The notes beneath the pieces were generated by a model. It ran no database searches, had not been told where the DNA came from, and saw only the letters and a program-made list of their open reading frames with translations. Below are positions 12,640 through 25,802 of a stretch of 64,000 nucleotides of DNA, in pieces. The number at the start of each line of letters is the position of its first letter. Position 1 is the first letter of the stretch. This DNA comes from Mustelus asterias (lineage: Eukaryota), in contig NC_135812.1 of assembly GCF_964213995.1 (NCBI RefSeq), positions 16,120,001 to 16,184,000 of the forward strand. The letters run 5' to 3'. A program made the translations under genes and the position numbers.

Positions 12640-13655
12640 CAAGTGGCGTTCCTCAGGGATCAGTGCTGAGACCTTTGCTGTTTGTAATATATATAAATGA
12701 TTTGGAGGAAAATGTAACTGGATTGATTAGTAAGTTTGCGGACGACACAAAGGTTGGTGGATTTGCGGATAGCGATGAGGACCATCAGAGAATACAGCAG
12801 GATATAGATCAGTTGGAGACTTGGGTGGAGAAATGGCAGATGGAGTTTAATCCGGACAAATGTGAGGTAATGCATTTTGGAAGGTCTAATACAGATAGGA
12901 AATATATAGTAAATGGCAGAACCCTTAAGAGTATTGATAGGCAGAGATCTGGGTGTACAGGTACGCAGGTCACTGAAAGTGGCAATGCAGGTGGAGAAGG
13001 TAGTCAAGAAGGCATACAGCATGCTTGCCTTCATCGGCCGGGGTATTGAGTTTAAAAATTGGCAAGTCATGTTGCAGCTTTATGTAACCTTAGGTAGGCT
13101 GCACTTGGAATATAGTGTTCAATTCTGGTTGCCACACTACCAGAAGGATGTGGACGCTTTGGAGAGGGTACAGAAAAGATTGACCAGGATGTTGCCTGGT
13201 ATGGAGGGTATTGGCTATGAGGAGAGGTTGAAGAAACTTGGTTTGTTCTCACTGGAGCGACGGAGGTTGAGGGGAGACCTGATAGAAGTCTACAAGATTA
13301 TGAGAGGTATGGACAGAGTGGATAGTCAGAAGCTTTTTCCCAGGGTGGAAGAGTCAATTACTAGGGGGCATAGGTTTAAGGTGTGAGGGGCAAGGTTTAA
13401 AAGAGATGTACGAGGCAGATGTTTTACACAGAGTGGTGGGTGCCTGGAACTCGTTGCTGGGGGAGGTAGTGGAAGCGGATACGATAGTGACTTTTAAGGG
13501 GTGTCTTGACAAGTACATGAATGAGATGGGAATAGAGGGATATGGTCCCCGGAAGGGTAGGGGGTTTTAGTTAAGTCGGGCAGCATGGTCGGTTCAGGCT
13601 TGGAGGGCCGAAGGGCCTGTTCCTGTGCTGTAATTTTCTTTGTTCTTTGTTCTCT
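12640..13655 (+). mobile_element. CR1/HER1 LINE, 5'-truncated, frameshifted RT C-terminus
   Basis: LFVIYINDL, SKFADDTK and WQMEFNPDKC motifs; frameshift near 12945; tail ctgtaattttctttgttctttg. Confidence 0.92.
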
Positions 13656-13941
13656 GTAAACAGCTACCCTGCAAATTGGAGAGTGGTTTAATGGTATCTG
13701 CTAATGGCCAACTACTGGTAGGTGAGGTAGAGTAGATGGTCTGGGGTCACTTAGCTTGTGTGCCACATTTACCAAAGTTTGGAGTGAGGTTTTGCGATGG
13801 TTCCTTTTTTTTCTAGCTCTTGTTGGTGGGGGTGGGATGGGTGAAGACTTGCGTTGAAGCAACACTGAAGCAAGCGTTGATGCATCAAATCCTTCTGGCG
13901 TGGGGGAAGAAAGGGCTGCTTCCGGCCTCCACAAACCACGT

Positions 13942-14252
13942 GGGTGGCACAGTGGTTAGCACTGCTGCATCACAGTTGCCAGGGACGCAGGTTCGATTCC
14001 GGCCTCGGGTGACTGTGTGTGGAGTTTGCACCTTCTCCCCCTGCTTGTGTGCACTTCCTCCGGGTGCTCCAGTTTACTCCCACATGGATTGGCCATTCTA
14101 AATTGACCCTTAGATGTGTAGGTTAGGGAGATTAGCAGGGTAACTGCGAGGAGTTATGGGGAAAGGGCCTGGGTATGATGCTCTTTTGGAGAGTCAGTGC
14201 AGACACAATGGGCTAATAGCCTCCTTCTGTACTGTAGGGATTCTATGATCTA
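13942..14252 (+). mobile_element. HE1-like SINE
   Basis: Head, partly deleted V-domain, tail. Confidence 0.8.
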
Positions 14253-15374
14253 TGTTGTTGCAACCACTTCATTTGTTCTGATGGATATAAACTATTGGCA
14301 GTGTATGTCTATTCTTTTTCAAATGCAGCCGATTGTAGAGAGATGAGCGAGTCGAAGAGTGGCACTTCTGCTGATAGAACAAACTTGCTTAGACACTTAA
14401 TGCATTTTCTAATGTTTGCTTAATAGCAATAATTGGATAAATGGAACACTTTTCTCATTATGTGGGTGTTGCCATTTACTGTCTGAAAGCTTTACAGTGC
14501 ATTTAAGTTGCTGCTGATGGCAGCTCCTCTGGTCTGCGTTGTAATAGGGTGACCTCTTTGCTTCTTGAAGCACCAAAAGTAGTGGCTTCACCTCTCACTA
14601 AGCAACAGCAGCCACAACATCTGACCAGCCAGATGTTGAGCAGCTTACCCCTGGAGGACGCTGCAGAGTATGGAGGGGAACACGAGTCTTGTCTTGCTGC
14701 TGAGGATGAATTCCACCAATCTCCTGGTTACTAAGGCTATTGGGTTCAAGTAACTGGCCTCTCGTTTAAGGCCCATCTGCTACCTAACTGTCTGCAAACA
14801 AACAGTTTCTCTGCATCCCTATAGAGCAAATGCGACACAAAACTGTAAGGGTGCCCTGCTTTTAATAGCTGGAGGATAGGTTAAATACCATTTTAAACGA
14901 CATGAGATATAGGAGCAGAATTAGGCCATTCGGCCCATCGAGTCCGCTCTGTCATTCAATCATGGCTGATATGATTCTCATCATGTGATTCTCTTCCCCA
15001 TTTTCCTGCTTTCTCCCCATAACCCTTGATCCCTTTATTGATCAAGAATGTATCTATCTCTGTCTTAAAGACAGAATGAACTGTAACTTGTCATGCAAGT
15101 ATTTGCAAAGCATCTGAGGTTGCCTGGGAACCTGGTGTAAGCATGGCTCCTGAACTTAGTCTGATTTGAATGCAGCGACTGCTATGCCTTCCCTTGCATC
15201 GATAGAGCTGTGGTTACTCTCTTGACTGGGGGTGAAACAGGATATGAGGAGAAGCCAAAAACTGGAAGGGGAGAAAATAGAGTTTTGGGTTGGGGAAGGG
15301 TTGTGGTGGATGAGAAGAGAGCAAGAGGTGTTTTAAGCTGAATGGGGAACTTTTTTTTATATTGTGTTAATTAC

Positions 15375-15706
15375 AGAATCCCTACAGTGCAGAAGGAGGC
15401 CATTCGGCCCATCGAGTTTGCACCAACAACAATCCCACCTAGGCCTTATCCCCATATCCCTACATATTTACCCCGCTAATCCGTCTAACCTATGCATTCC
15501 AGGAAACTAAGGGGCAATTTAGCATAGCCAATGCACCTAACCCACACACCTTTCGGACTGTGGGAGGGAACCGGAGCATCCAGAGGAAACTCGCACAGAC
15601 ACGAGGAGAATGTGCAAACTCCACACAGACAGTGACCCAAGCCGGGAATCGAACCCAGGTCCCTGGAGCTGTGAGGCAGCCGTGCTAACCACTGTGCTCC
15701 CGTGCC
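15375..15706 (-). mobile_element. HE1-like SINE
   Basis: Reverse complement of the HE1 pattern. Confidence 0.85.
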
Positions 15707-17046
15707 GATAAAGTACCCCCACATTTATAAAAATGAAATGAAAATTGAGTGAAAATATAAAATATTGCACGTTGGCAGCCAGTGATGGCAGAAATTAAGG
15801 AGTCCCCCTCCCCACCCCCCCCACCGCTGGCCCGAACACTCGTTGTTTCAATCGATCCAGTGTCTCTCCCGCTCAGCTGGATACTTCCATTGGTGTCTTT
15901 TAGCTCCGGGCTGTTTGGGGGGAAAAAGAACATCTTCTGTGAAGGTCTTTGTCGGTGAGCTCGGAGGGGGGGCGCAATTTGCTATAACCGTGCCTTGTTC
16001 TCAAGCAGCGCCTGAAGAGAATAAAATAAAATGAAACCTCCATTTTTTGGTTGCATGCAAATGAACGCAGCCAAGAGAAGAAACACTCTTGGTGGAAGAT
16101 TTGCAGTGGGGTCATTCTGAATTACATTCTCATTGTCAAATTTGCATTCCCCTCCTGTAGGGTCTGTTCATCTCTTCGAATAGATGCATGCAACACTGGT
16201 CTTCTTTTATTAAGCATCATTTAAAATTAACACATCAGAAAGCGAAAGACTGAGTCACTGGAGAGAGAGGCTGGCAGAAGCTGGTCCTAATACAGACTTG
16301 ATCCAAACCTTGGCCAGGACAGAACTGAACAGATAACTGTTACTACACTATATGAATTCTTATCTGTGATATTGAAAAAGCTGAGCACACACAGTCTTCA
16401 ACTTACATAAATAATTGGCAGCTGTGTGGCCGTACTAAACTTTGTTTAGCATCATTTCTGCTAACGTTGTATTTTGAAACAATGAAGTCAATTTCTAAGC
16501 TCATCCCAGAATTCCCAGCTGAGTTTTAAAATGTGGCCAAGTTAGCTTTAAAGCTTAGCATAGTTAATTACACTATCAGAAATACTTTAAAAGGAAGTAT
16601 TTTAACTAAAGCAATCCATACAAAGGATGCCACAACCTCCCCACTCCACTGCGGACTCTTAAAATGAGAATCAAATAGTGCTTTTCGTGAAGAACTTAAT
16701 GCTGTAACTTTTTATTCCACTCTCTTTTGCTTTGTGCATGTGCTTTGTTGAACTTTAATGGGTAATGAGATTTTGAATCTTGAGGAGTTGTATATGCCAC
16801 AAGCATGTATAATGTAGCTTATGTCATTGTACATGCAGAAGAATATGAATTTATGTGGTTTTTGGTTCGATAGTACAATTATACAAATTATACAAAGATC
16901 GTGCTGGGGTTTGACAAAACCCCAGCACAATCTTTTAATTTTTGCAACTCAAATTATTTATCACTCACTCTCTCTTTGCCATATTGAGGAACGACCTTAT
17001 CATGTTGGCTTCATTTTAAAGCTACTTCTGGGCCCCTCCATGTTGT

Positions 17047-17170
17047 GGAGATGCCGGCGTTGGACTGGGGTAAACACAGTAAGAAGTCTAACAACACCAG
17101 GTTAAAGTCCAACAGGTTTATTTGGTAGCAAAAGCCACGAGCTTTCGGGACAGGCTGTCCCTTCGTCAGG
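17047..17170 (-). mobile_element. Penelope-like pLTR mini-insertion with hammerhead core
   Basis: 10-bp TSD tccatgttgt (17037-17046 / 17171-17180). Minus strand CUGACGA-A-GGGACA gcc UGUCCC-GAAAGCUC. Tail shared with the 28051 copy. Confidence 0.85.
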
Positions 17171-17185
17171 TCCATGTTGTACAGT

Positions 17186-17380
17186 GATTTAATTTGATTT
17201 ATTATTGTCATGTGTATTGGTATTGTTTCTTGCGCACTATACAGACAAAGCATACCGTCCATAGAGTACATGGGGGAGAAGGAAAGGAGAGGGTGCAGAA
17301 TATGGTGTTACAGTCCTAGCTAGGGTGCAGAGAAAGGTCAGCTTAATATAAGGTTGGTCCATTCAAAGGTCTGATGGCAG
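17186..17380 (-). mobile_element. Rex1/Babar LINE 3' UTR fragment
   Basis: gatttattattgtcatg terminus and family 3' UTR. Confidence 0.75.
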
Positions 17381-17465
17381 AAGGACTGAGTGATTGAGTT
17401 AACCGCATCAGCCACTTGATTTCCCCTATCACCTCCCTCCCATTTTGAGTCTTGACTTTCCACAT

Positions 17466-18115
17466 GGAGGTAATGGTATCTAGTAATCTAGAGACCCCGG
17501 GTAATGCTCAAATCGGAGGTTCAAATCCCACCACAGCAGATGGTGAAATTTGAATTCAATATCAATCTGGAATTAAAAGTCTAATGATGACCATGAAACT
17601 ATTGACGATTGTTGTAAAAACCCATCTGGTTCACTAATGTCCTTTAGGGAAGGAAGTCTGTTAATCCAGAAGGAACTCTTCCTGTGTAGACAATAGTGAT
17701 ATAACAAAACATACTCCAACTTATAAATCAAAGAAATGGTTTAATAAAGAATCTTCATTACTCCAAAATTGAGGCCTCACCCTGGGCCAATCCAAGCTAA
17801 TTTAACAATTCCCAACAGGTTCTTATTTATACTCAGTCAGCTGATCATCACATCATTCTGTCATTGGTTGCATGGTTTACTGGGTCAGCTGACCTTTACA
17901 GCTTGTTGCCATTGGTCACATTACAACAGATCCAATGTTATCACCGGTTACATTCTAACAGCTCTGCTGTCCTTACCTGGTCTGACCTACATGTGACTCA
18001 ATGTGGTTGAATCTTAATTGTGCTCTGAAATGGCCTTGCAAGCCACTGAGTTCAAGGGAACTTGGGGATGGGCAACAAACGCTGGCTTTGCCAGCAACGC
18101 CCTTATCCCAGGATT
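17466..18115 (+). mobile_element. Family-B SINE interrupted by a solo LTR (17659-17960, minus)
   Basis: SINE halves join across a tgtta...taaca element with minus-strand TATAAA and ATTAAA. Confidence 0.7.
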
Positions 18116-18759
18116 TAATATTCGATGCCGATGAGGCAGATTATTTGTGAATTTTCATCAACCAAGCATAGATTTTAACTTTATTTTTAAAGTTGCCTGA
18201 ATTTTAGCGATGAATTGGCTTGGGTTCCAAGAATTCAATGTCTTGCCCGCTAGCTTCTGCGTTGACTCTGCTTATCCTGGAAGCATGTTCGCATATGCCT
18301 GCTGGCTTTTTGCTTGTGCTGTTCTATCTGGGCAGCAAACTTTGCTGCTCTAGTTTAACTGTGAGACTACCCGCAAGAGAAGGAAACTGGAATTAGTAAT
18401 GCCAGTGCTGGGAGCTGGGATCCATCATGGGTGCAGCTAGCTCTGCCTGAATCCACAGTGAAAGCCCCTTCCTTCACCAGGACCAAATGGCCCAACAGTA
18501 ACCCGACCCAAGCCCATCTGTTGGCCACGTGCTGGCTTCCCGGGTGCTGAGCCCTTTGTTGATGCCGGGTTGGTGTTTGCGGATCGCTCGGCTGGATAAA
18601 CTCTTGGCTCCCTTGGCTTTTCACACGGCCGCTTCAAATGTGTGAAGCAGACACTTGGATTGACACTTGCCGATCAAATGGTCTGTGTGCTTTGGCTGGG
18701 AATAGCAGGCTCTGCAAACTTGCTGCCTTTTGTTCATTAGTTACATGGTTCACGCCTAC

Positions 18760-18840
18760 CATTCCCCCCCCCCCCCCCCACCCCCACCCCCATCCCCCGC
18801 CGCCCACCCCCCCCCCATCCCCCGCCGCCCACCCTCCACC
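18760..18840. repeat. C-rich tract (G4-capable on the minus strand)
   Basis: Poly-C plus ccccatcccccgccgcccaccc x2. Confidence 0.85.
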
Positions 18841-18937
18841 TTCACTGGTGTTGTTAAACTAATGAAACCTTTTCAGATGGCAGTTGGCGATTCCACTTTG
18901 AATGCTGAGCCCTGAACCTAGCTCAACAGTCGTTCGT

Positions 18938-19195
18938 AGAATCCCTACAGTGCAGAAGGACAGCATTCGGCCCATCGAATCTGCACTGGCTCAGCATCTT
19001 ATCCAGGCCCACACACTGCCCGTAAGCCTTAATCCAGCGTATCTACACAGGCTTGGGACACTAAGGGGCAATTTAGCATGGCCAATCCACCGAACCCGCA
19101 CATCTTTGGACTGTGGGAGGAAACCCGAGCACCCGGAGGAAACCCACTCAGACACAGGGAGAATGTGCAGACTTCACATGGACATTGAGTTTGAA
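18938..19195 (-). mobile_element. HE1-like SINE, truncated
   Basis: Tail and V-domain on the minus strand. Confidence 0.75.
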
Positions 19196-20360
19196 TCTTG
19201 GTAACGTGTGTTAATTATTTTGTTTTGAGATGGTGAAGAAGCCTGGGTCCGAGCAGTGCTGAGCGGGCTGGTGCTTTTTCCTGACTGCCTGGCGATGAGG
19301 AAAGGGCATCAGCGTTGCATCCAATGCCATTCCATGTGTAATGAAAATGACCTCTATTTGTCTCCTAAGTTGAGAATGCTAAGAGGAGTGTGCTCTCCGG
19401 CCCCTCGAGCCTGTTCTGACATTTAGTTAGATTGTAGCTGATCTCCTGCATCAATTCCACTTTCCTCCTCTATGTCCATATTTTTATTCCATTAGTGTCC
19501 AAAAATCTATCCGTCGTTGTCTTGGGTATTCTCTGACTCAGCATCCACAATTCTTGGGAGTCTAGAATTCTCAAAAACTCTCCTGAAGACATTTCTTTAT
19601 CTCCTAAGTGGCTGACTCCATATCCTGAGAATGTGATGTTTGTAATAGATTTATTTTTCTCCAACCTCATCCTGAAAATTTTTTTTTTTCTTTGCTCCCT
19701 GCCCTTACTCTAACCCCTTTTGTCTCTTCAGTATAGTGCAATAGTCCAGATCACCCTTTACAATTGCTACAAACCATATGGAGTTTGCACTGGTATAACA
19801 TCGTTCACACCCCCAAATGGTTTACTTTAGAAGTTAACTTGTGTTTAGGCAGTGGCTACTTTACACATGGGATGTTTCTGCCAATGTGAGTGGCTAGTTA
19901 ATTGTGGTGGTTGAGGGATAAATATTGGCCAGCGCTCTGCGGGGAGTGGGCCGGGGGGGGGGGGGGGGGGGAGGCGGTGTCAACATCCCATCCAGAAAGA
20001 AGAGGCACCTTCAACAATGTAGCGCTTCCCTCTCTTTTTGATACTGAACCGAGGTGCGGATTATGTGTTCAGTTCCAGAAGTGGGGCTCTTAACCACGAT
20101 TCTCTGATCCTGCAAGAGAGAGTACAAACACTTTGCCAAAGCCATCGATTGAAAGGTTAAACTTTATTTGTTAGCGTTACAAGTAAGTTTACATTAACAC
20201 TGCAATGAAGTTACTGTGAAAATCCCCGAGTTGCCACACCCCAGCGCCTGTTCGGGTACATTGGGAGAATTTAAAATGGCCCATACACCCAACCAGCACA
20301 TCTTTCAGACTGTGGGAGGAAATCAGAGCACCCGGAAGAAACCCATGCAGACACTGGGGC

Positions 20361-21011
20361 ATAGAGATAGAGAATTTGGTGAACTGGTGCGACAACAATA
20401 ATCTCTCCCTCAATGTCAACAAAACGAAGGAGATTGTCATTGACTTCAGGAAGCATAAAGGAGAACATGCCCCTGTCTACATCAATGGGGACGAAGTAGA
20501 AATGGTCGAGAGCTTCAAGTTTTTAGGTGTCCAGATCACCAACAACCTGTCCTGGTCCCCCCATGCCAACACTATAGTTAAGAAAGCCCACCAAAGCCTC
20601 TACTTTCTCAGAAGACTAAGGAAATTTGGCATGTCAGCTACGACTCTCACCAACTTTTACAGATGCACCACTGAAAGCATTCTTTCTGGTTGTATCACAG
20701 CTTGGTATGGCTCCTGCTCTGCCCAAGACTGCAAGGAACTACAAATGGTGGTAAACGAAGCCCAGTCCATCACGCAAACCAGCCTCCCATCTATTGTCAC
20801 GGTCTGTACTTCCCGCTGCCTTGGAAAAGCAGCCAGCATAATTAAGGACCCCACGCACCCCGGAAATACGGTCTTCACCTTCCGATGGGAAAAAGATACA
20901 AAAGTCTGAGGACACGTACCAAGTGACTCAGGAACAGCTTTGTCTGTATAGCGCGCAAGAAACAATACTTTTCACTGTATACTAATACATGTGACAATAA
21001 TAAATCAAATC
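20361..21011 (+). mobile_element. Rex1/Babar LINE ORF2 C-terminus and 3' end, nested in an alternative-tail SINE (minus, 20158-21106)
   Basis: WCDNNNLSLNVNKTKE, FKFLGVQITNNLSW, LYFLRRLRKF and ESILSGCITAWYG motifs; terminus tgtgacaataataaatcaaatc. Confidence 0.9.
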
Positions 21012-21628
21012 AGACTCTGCACAGGCAGTGACCCAAGCCGGGACTCAAACCCGGGTCCCTGGCACTTGTGAGGCAGCAGTGCTAACCACTGTGCCACCGT
21101 GCTGCCCTCAAACCTGCCACCCTCGAGCATGCAAACCCTGGCTGAGGCTGGCAATGTGGTTGTGGCCCTTCATTCTCTCACTGTGATCAATCTTGACAGG
21201 GCAGAGGGTGCGTCTAACACATTCTGTATGCCAGCACATATTGCAAAATAAAAATTAGGATGACACTCTCTTTTTTCCAAGCTTCTCCCTCCCTCTCGCC
21301 AGTGTAATTCTCAAAGCTCAGATGGAGATGACTAAGAGCAACTTGGTGACTCAGCTCCTGGCTCCCAATGGAAAACATTGTGCAGATTTAGCACTTTTCA
21401 GCCATTTGTAGATATTCTGTCTCTTTTTTAGTGTCGTGGGAATGCAGCCAAATCAGATGAGTGATCCTTCTTCAGCTGGCAATGCTCCTTGTAAGAAAGC
21501 AAATGACACTGTAGCCCCATCAATCTGCTGTTATGGCCACCCATCACTTTGCCAACCCTTGCCTCGGCCATTTCATGTTAATTGATCAACCGGATCTGAA
21601 CGCAATGACGTGAAGTCCAACAATATTA

Positions 21629-22295
21629 AGGGCGCACTAGTAGTTAGCAGTGCTGCCTCACAGCGCCAGGGACCCGGGTTCAATTATGGCCTTGGGTCAC
21701 TGTCTGTATGCACGTTCTCCCCGTGTCTGTGGGGTTTCCTCCGGGTGCTCCGTTTAAAAAAAATTAATCCATGGGACATGGGCATTGCTGGCTGGCCAGC
21801 ATTTATTGCCCATCTCTAGTTGCCCTTGGAGCTCAGTTCAGAGTCAACCACATTGCTGTGGCTCTGGAGTCACATGTAGGCCAGACCAGGTAAAGGACGG
21901 CAGATTTTCTTCCCTAAAGGACATTAGTGAACATTAGGGTTTTTCTGACAATCGACAATGGTTTCATGGTCATCAGTAGATTCTTAATTCCAGATATTTT
22001 TTACTGAATTCGAATCCCACCAGCTGCCGTGGCGGGATTCGAACCCAGGATCCTAGAATGTTAGTTGAGTTTCTGAATTAATAGTCTAGCAATAATACCA
22101 CTAGGCTACCGCCTCCCCCTCCACTCCAAAGACGCGTGGGTTAGATTGCTTGGTCATGATAAATTGCCCCTTAGTGTCAAGGGGGGTTAGCAGGGTAAAT
22201 ATGTGGGGTTACAGGAATAGGGCCTGGGTGGGATTGTTGTCGGCGTAGACTTGATGGGCCGAATAGCCTCCTTCTGCACTGTAGGGATTCGATGA
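21629..22295 (+). mobile_element. HE1 SINE interrupted by family-B SINE (minus, ~21755-22119)
   Basis: HE1 V-domain breaks at ~21753 and resumes at ~22119. Confidence 0.8.
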
Positions 22296-22944
22296 ATACA
22301 AAGGAAATGGGCATCAAGTGAAACGGGCAGGAGGGAGCGTTGATACAAGCCCGTTCCCAAAGGGACCATTTTAGTTGGTTAGTGCAGCGAGGTGATCTGG
22401 TTCCACTGTTTTGAATGAGAGATTCTGTGCATGCTGTTGTACAGCAGCATCCACTGAAACAATTTGTGATGACAATATCCCGCAATAGCCGCGGTAATCT
22501 GCTTATTTTGTCCTAACCAAGTTCAATTGGCACACTTAGAATAGAGTTTTCCTCCACTTATAAGATGTAGGTGACTTTGCTAACGAGATGTAACTAGGCT
22601 AATTACAAAAGCCGATCTGGAGATTTAAAATATATTCAATTAAAATCAACTAATTTGTCCTGATTTTTTTTTGTTGTGTGAGAAACGTGATCTAATAGCA
22701 GAGTTGGTAGTGACTGAGGGATTGTGGGACCACGTTCTTTCCCAGAATTGGGGTTATTTTTATCCTCCCCCCTCAAGTTGTGACTTTTTTTCATTTTCTA
22801 GTCATGAAGGATAAAGGGATCCAAGCTTAAAATTAGTGCTAGGACTCTGAGCAGGCATGACAGGAAGCACCCTTTTTGCACCGAGTCGAAATCTGGACTC
22901 CTGTTCCCCAAAAGATAGTGGATGTGGGGTCCATTGGAGCTAAG

Positions 22945-23835
22945 AACATAAGAACTAGGAGCAGGAGTGGGCCATCTGGCCCCTCGAGCCTGCTCCGCCA
23001 TTTAATAAGATCATGGCTGATCTTTTTGTGGACTCAGCTCCACTTACCCACTCGCTCACCGTAACCCTTAATTCCTTTACTGTTTAAAATTTACCTATCC
23101 TTGCCTTAAAAAACATTCAATCAGGTAGCCTCAACTGCTTCACTGAGCAGGGAATTCCACAGATTCACAACCCTTTGGATGAAGAAGTTTCTCCTCAACT
23201 CAGTCCTAAATCTGCTTCCCCTTATTTTGAGGTTATGTCCCCTACTTCTAGTTTCACCCACCAATGGAAACAACTTCCCTGCTTCTATCTTATTTATTCC
23301 CTTCATAATCTTATATGTTTCTGTAAGATCTCCCCTCATTCTTCTGAATTCCAATGAGTATAGTCGCAGTCTACTCGGTCTCTCCTCATAAACCAATCCT
23401 CTCAACTCTGGGATCAACCTAGTGAATCTCCGCTGCACTCCCTCCAGTGCCAGAATATCCTTTCTCAAGTAAGGAGACCAAAACTGTACACAGTACTCCA
23501 GGTGTGGCCTCACCAGCACCTTATACAGCTGCAACATAACCTCCCTGTTTTAAACTCCATCCCTCTCGCAATGAAGGACAAAATTCCATTTGCCACTGTA
23601 ATTACCTGCTGCACCTGCAAACCAACTTTTTGTGGTTCCTGCACAAGGACACCCAGGTCCCACTGCACAGCAGCATGCTGCAATTTTTTACCATTTAAAT
23701 AATAGTCTATTTTGGTGTTATTCCTACCAAAATGGATGACCTCAAATTTAACCAACATTGTACTCCATCTACCAGACCCTTGCCCACTCACTTAGACTAT
23801 CTATGTCCCTTTGCGGACTTTGTGTCCTCTGCACT
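22945..23835 (-). mobile_element. CR1 LINE 3' fragment
   Basis: LYKVLVRPHLEYCVQFWSP and RMRGDLTETYKIM motifs; tail (ttcttatg). Confidence 0.92.
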
Positions 23836-24855
23836 GCTTTCGAGGCTGAGATGGACAGCTTTTATTTGGATATGCAGCTAAGGCAGGTAGATGAAGCTGA
23901 GGTACAGATCGACTATGAATAATACAGTAGCGGTGCAGGATTGAGGAGGGGCTGAATGGCCTCCTCGTATTCATTCATTTCCTTTTCACACAGACTGAAA
24001 GCTCGGCATGTGAAGATCTCCCGTTGCCTGTCCCAGTATGTGTCAGTTTGTGCTTATTAAAATAGTGGTTTCTATCTTTAGGATTGAAAAAAAAAAGGCA
24101 ATCGCTTCGTGCAATGCGGCGCCTGTCACAACCAGGCCCTGATTGAAACGCAAAATGAAGCCCCATTAGTTGCGAAGTGCAGTGGTTTAACATTTGCTCT
24201 GTTGTCACTTAACTTGTGAAGTGGGGTTAGGTTGCAGGGGGACATGGAAATGAAACAGATACCAGGGCACTGACAGCTTTGGCACTTTGCCCAGTCCAGG
24301 CAGCTTCGACTGATCTCCTGTAAATGTGTCTGAGGATTACCCACTGGAGGGAATGTACAAAACATGCTCTTTAGCAGAATCGAGATGGGGCAGTAAACTA
24401 TGAAAAAAAAAGGAACCTTTGTATTTGATTTAACAGTCAAGATCTAAGCTACTTCTTTTTAATTGGCGCTATTTTAATCTGGTTTCTAGGAGACCGGTCC
24501 CTGAGCCAGCTCCCTGTAGGTTGCACTGTTAGATTGACTTGCTGCATCCAGCACTCCAAGGCCGATCTCTCAAAAAATCAAGACAGATGCTACGGCCAGA
24601 ATAAGTGGGTATAACTGGTACATGGGTGCCAGTCACTCAAAACTCCAAACCAGGAGAGCGCTCCGATTTATTGGTGGAAGATTTGTTGCAAGTTTTCAGT
24701 TTGGGGTTGACTTCAGTCATAGTTGCTCTTGCGGTAACCCTTCATTTACTGACGGGGTTTACTGACTACGCGTGTCTTTAAAGAATCGGCTCCAACAGTT
24801 ACAACTGCGTTGCTTTTGTTTCATCTATCTGTTGCTCTGTTTATTTGAACGTGTG

Positions 24856-25165
24856 GGGGAGGCACGGTGGCGCAGTGATTAGCATTGCTGCCTCACAGTG
24901 CCAGAGACCCGGGTTCGATTCCCGGCTTGGGTCACTGTCTGTGTGGAGTCTGCACATTCTCCCCGTGTCTGCGTGGGTTTCCTCTGGGTGCTCCGGTTTC
25001 CTCCCGCAGTCTGAAAGATGTGCTGGTTAGGGGCATTGGCCATGCTAAATTCTCTCTATGTACCCAAACAGACGCCGGGTGTGGCAACTAGGGGATTTTC
25101 ACAGCAACTTTATTGCAGTGTGAAGGTAAGCCTACTTGTGACACTAATAAATAAACTTTACTTTT
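24856..25165 (+). mobile_element. Alternative-tail HE1-like SINE, full length
   Basis: Ends ttgtgacactaataaataaacttt. Confidence 0.85.
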
Positions 25166-25802
25166 GCTGATGGCCAGCTCAAGTGATTTTGTTTTTTCCA
25201 ACGGTGTCACATTCTTCTGACGTCCAAAACACGCCATGTTTGGATTTAAACTTCTCTGTGGGAAGATTTAACCACCCTCCTTTAGCAATGTTCCGTAAAA
25301 AAAACCATAGCAATGCTGTAATAGCCAAACATCTTCTCCGTTGGGGCACCCATTTTCCTCAAGGTCATTAGTCTGGTGGCGATGCTGAAGTGCAGGGTGG
25401 TGGGCTATTTGACTGCAAGAGGTATCACCGCAGCTTGATTCGCACACTTGTGTTTCTCAGTGTGGGAGGGCAGGTTTACTGGCTGACACAAAGTTGTAAC
25501 TGTTCCTGGAAATCTGTAACTTTAAAAAGTGGAAAATCCGGAAACACTCAGCAGGTCAGTCAACATCTGGTAATATGTTCCGGATGTGGGCCTTTAATCA
25601 AGATTCAGATGTTACAGATTAAACCAAACAAGGGCAAGTGGTGGGGGGGGGGGGGGGGCGGGTGTTGGTGGGATGAAGCCTAGCAGATTTTAAAAAATAA
25701 ACAAGAAATAGTGACCTGTAAATGTGCTTAATGGATAGCAGGAGATGGTTAACTGGCAGGAGTTGAAGAAGGAAAAGATATTTTTGAGACACGCATGGGA
25801 GA

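Noticed and set aside
12663-13386. RT ORFs as an active element or host gene
   Set aside because: 5'-truncated and frameshifted; no autonomous element is present in the window.
25525-25610. Possible further Penelope hammerhead relics (also ~47340-47390)
   Set aside because: Too degenerate; core boxes lost.
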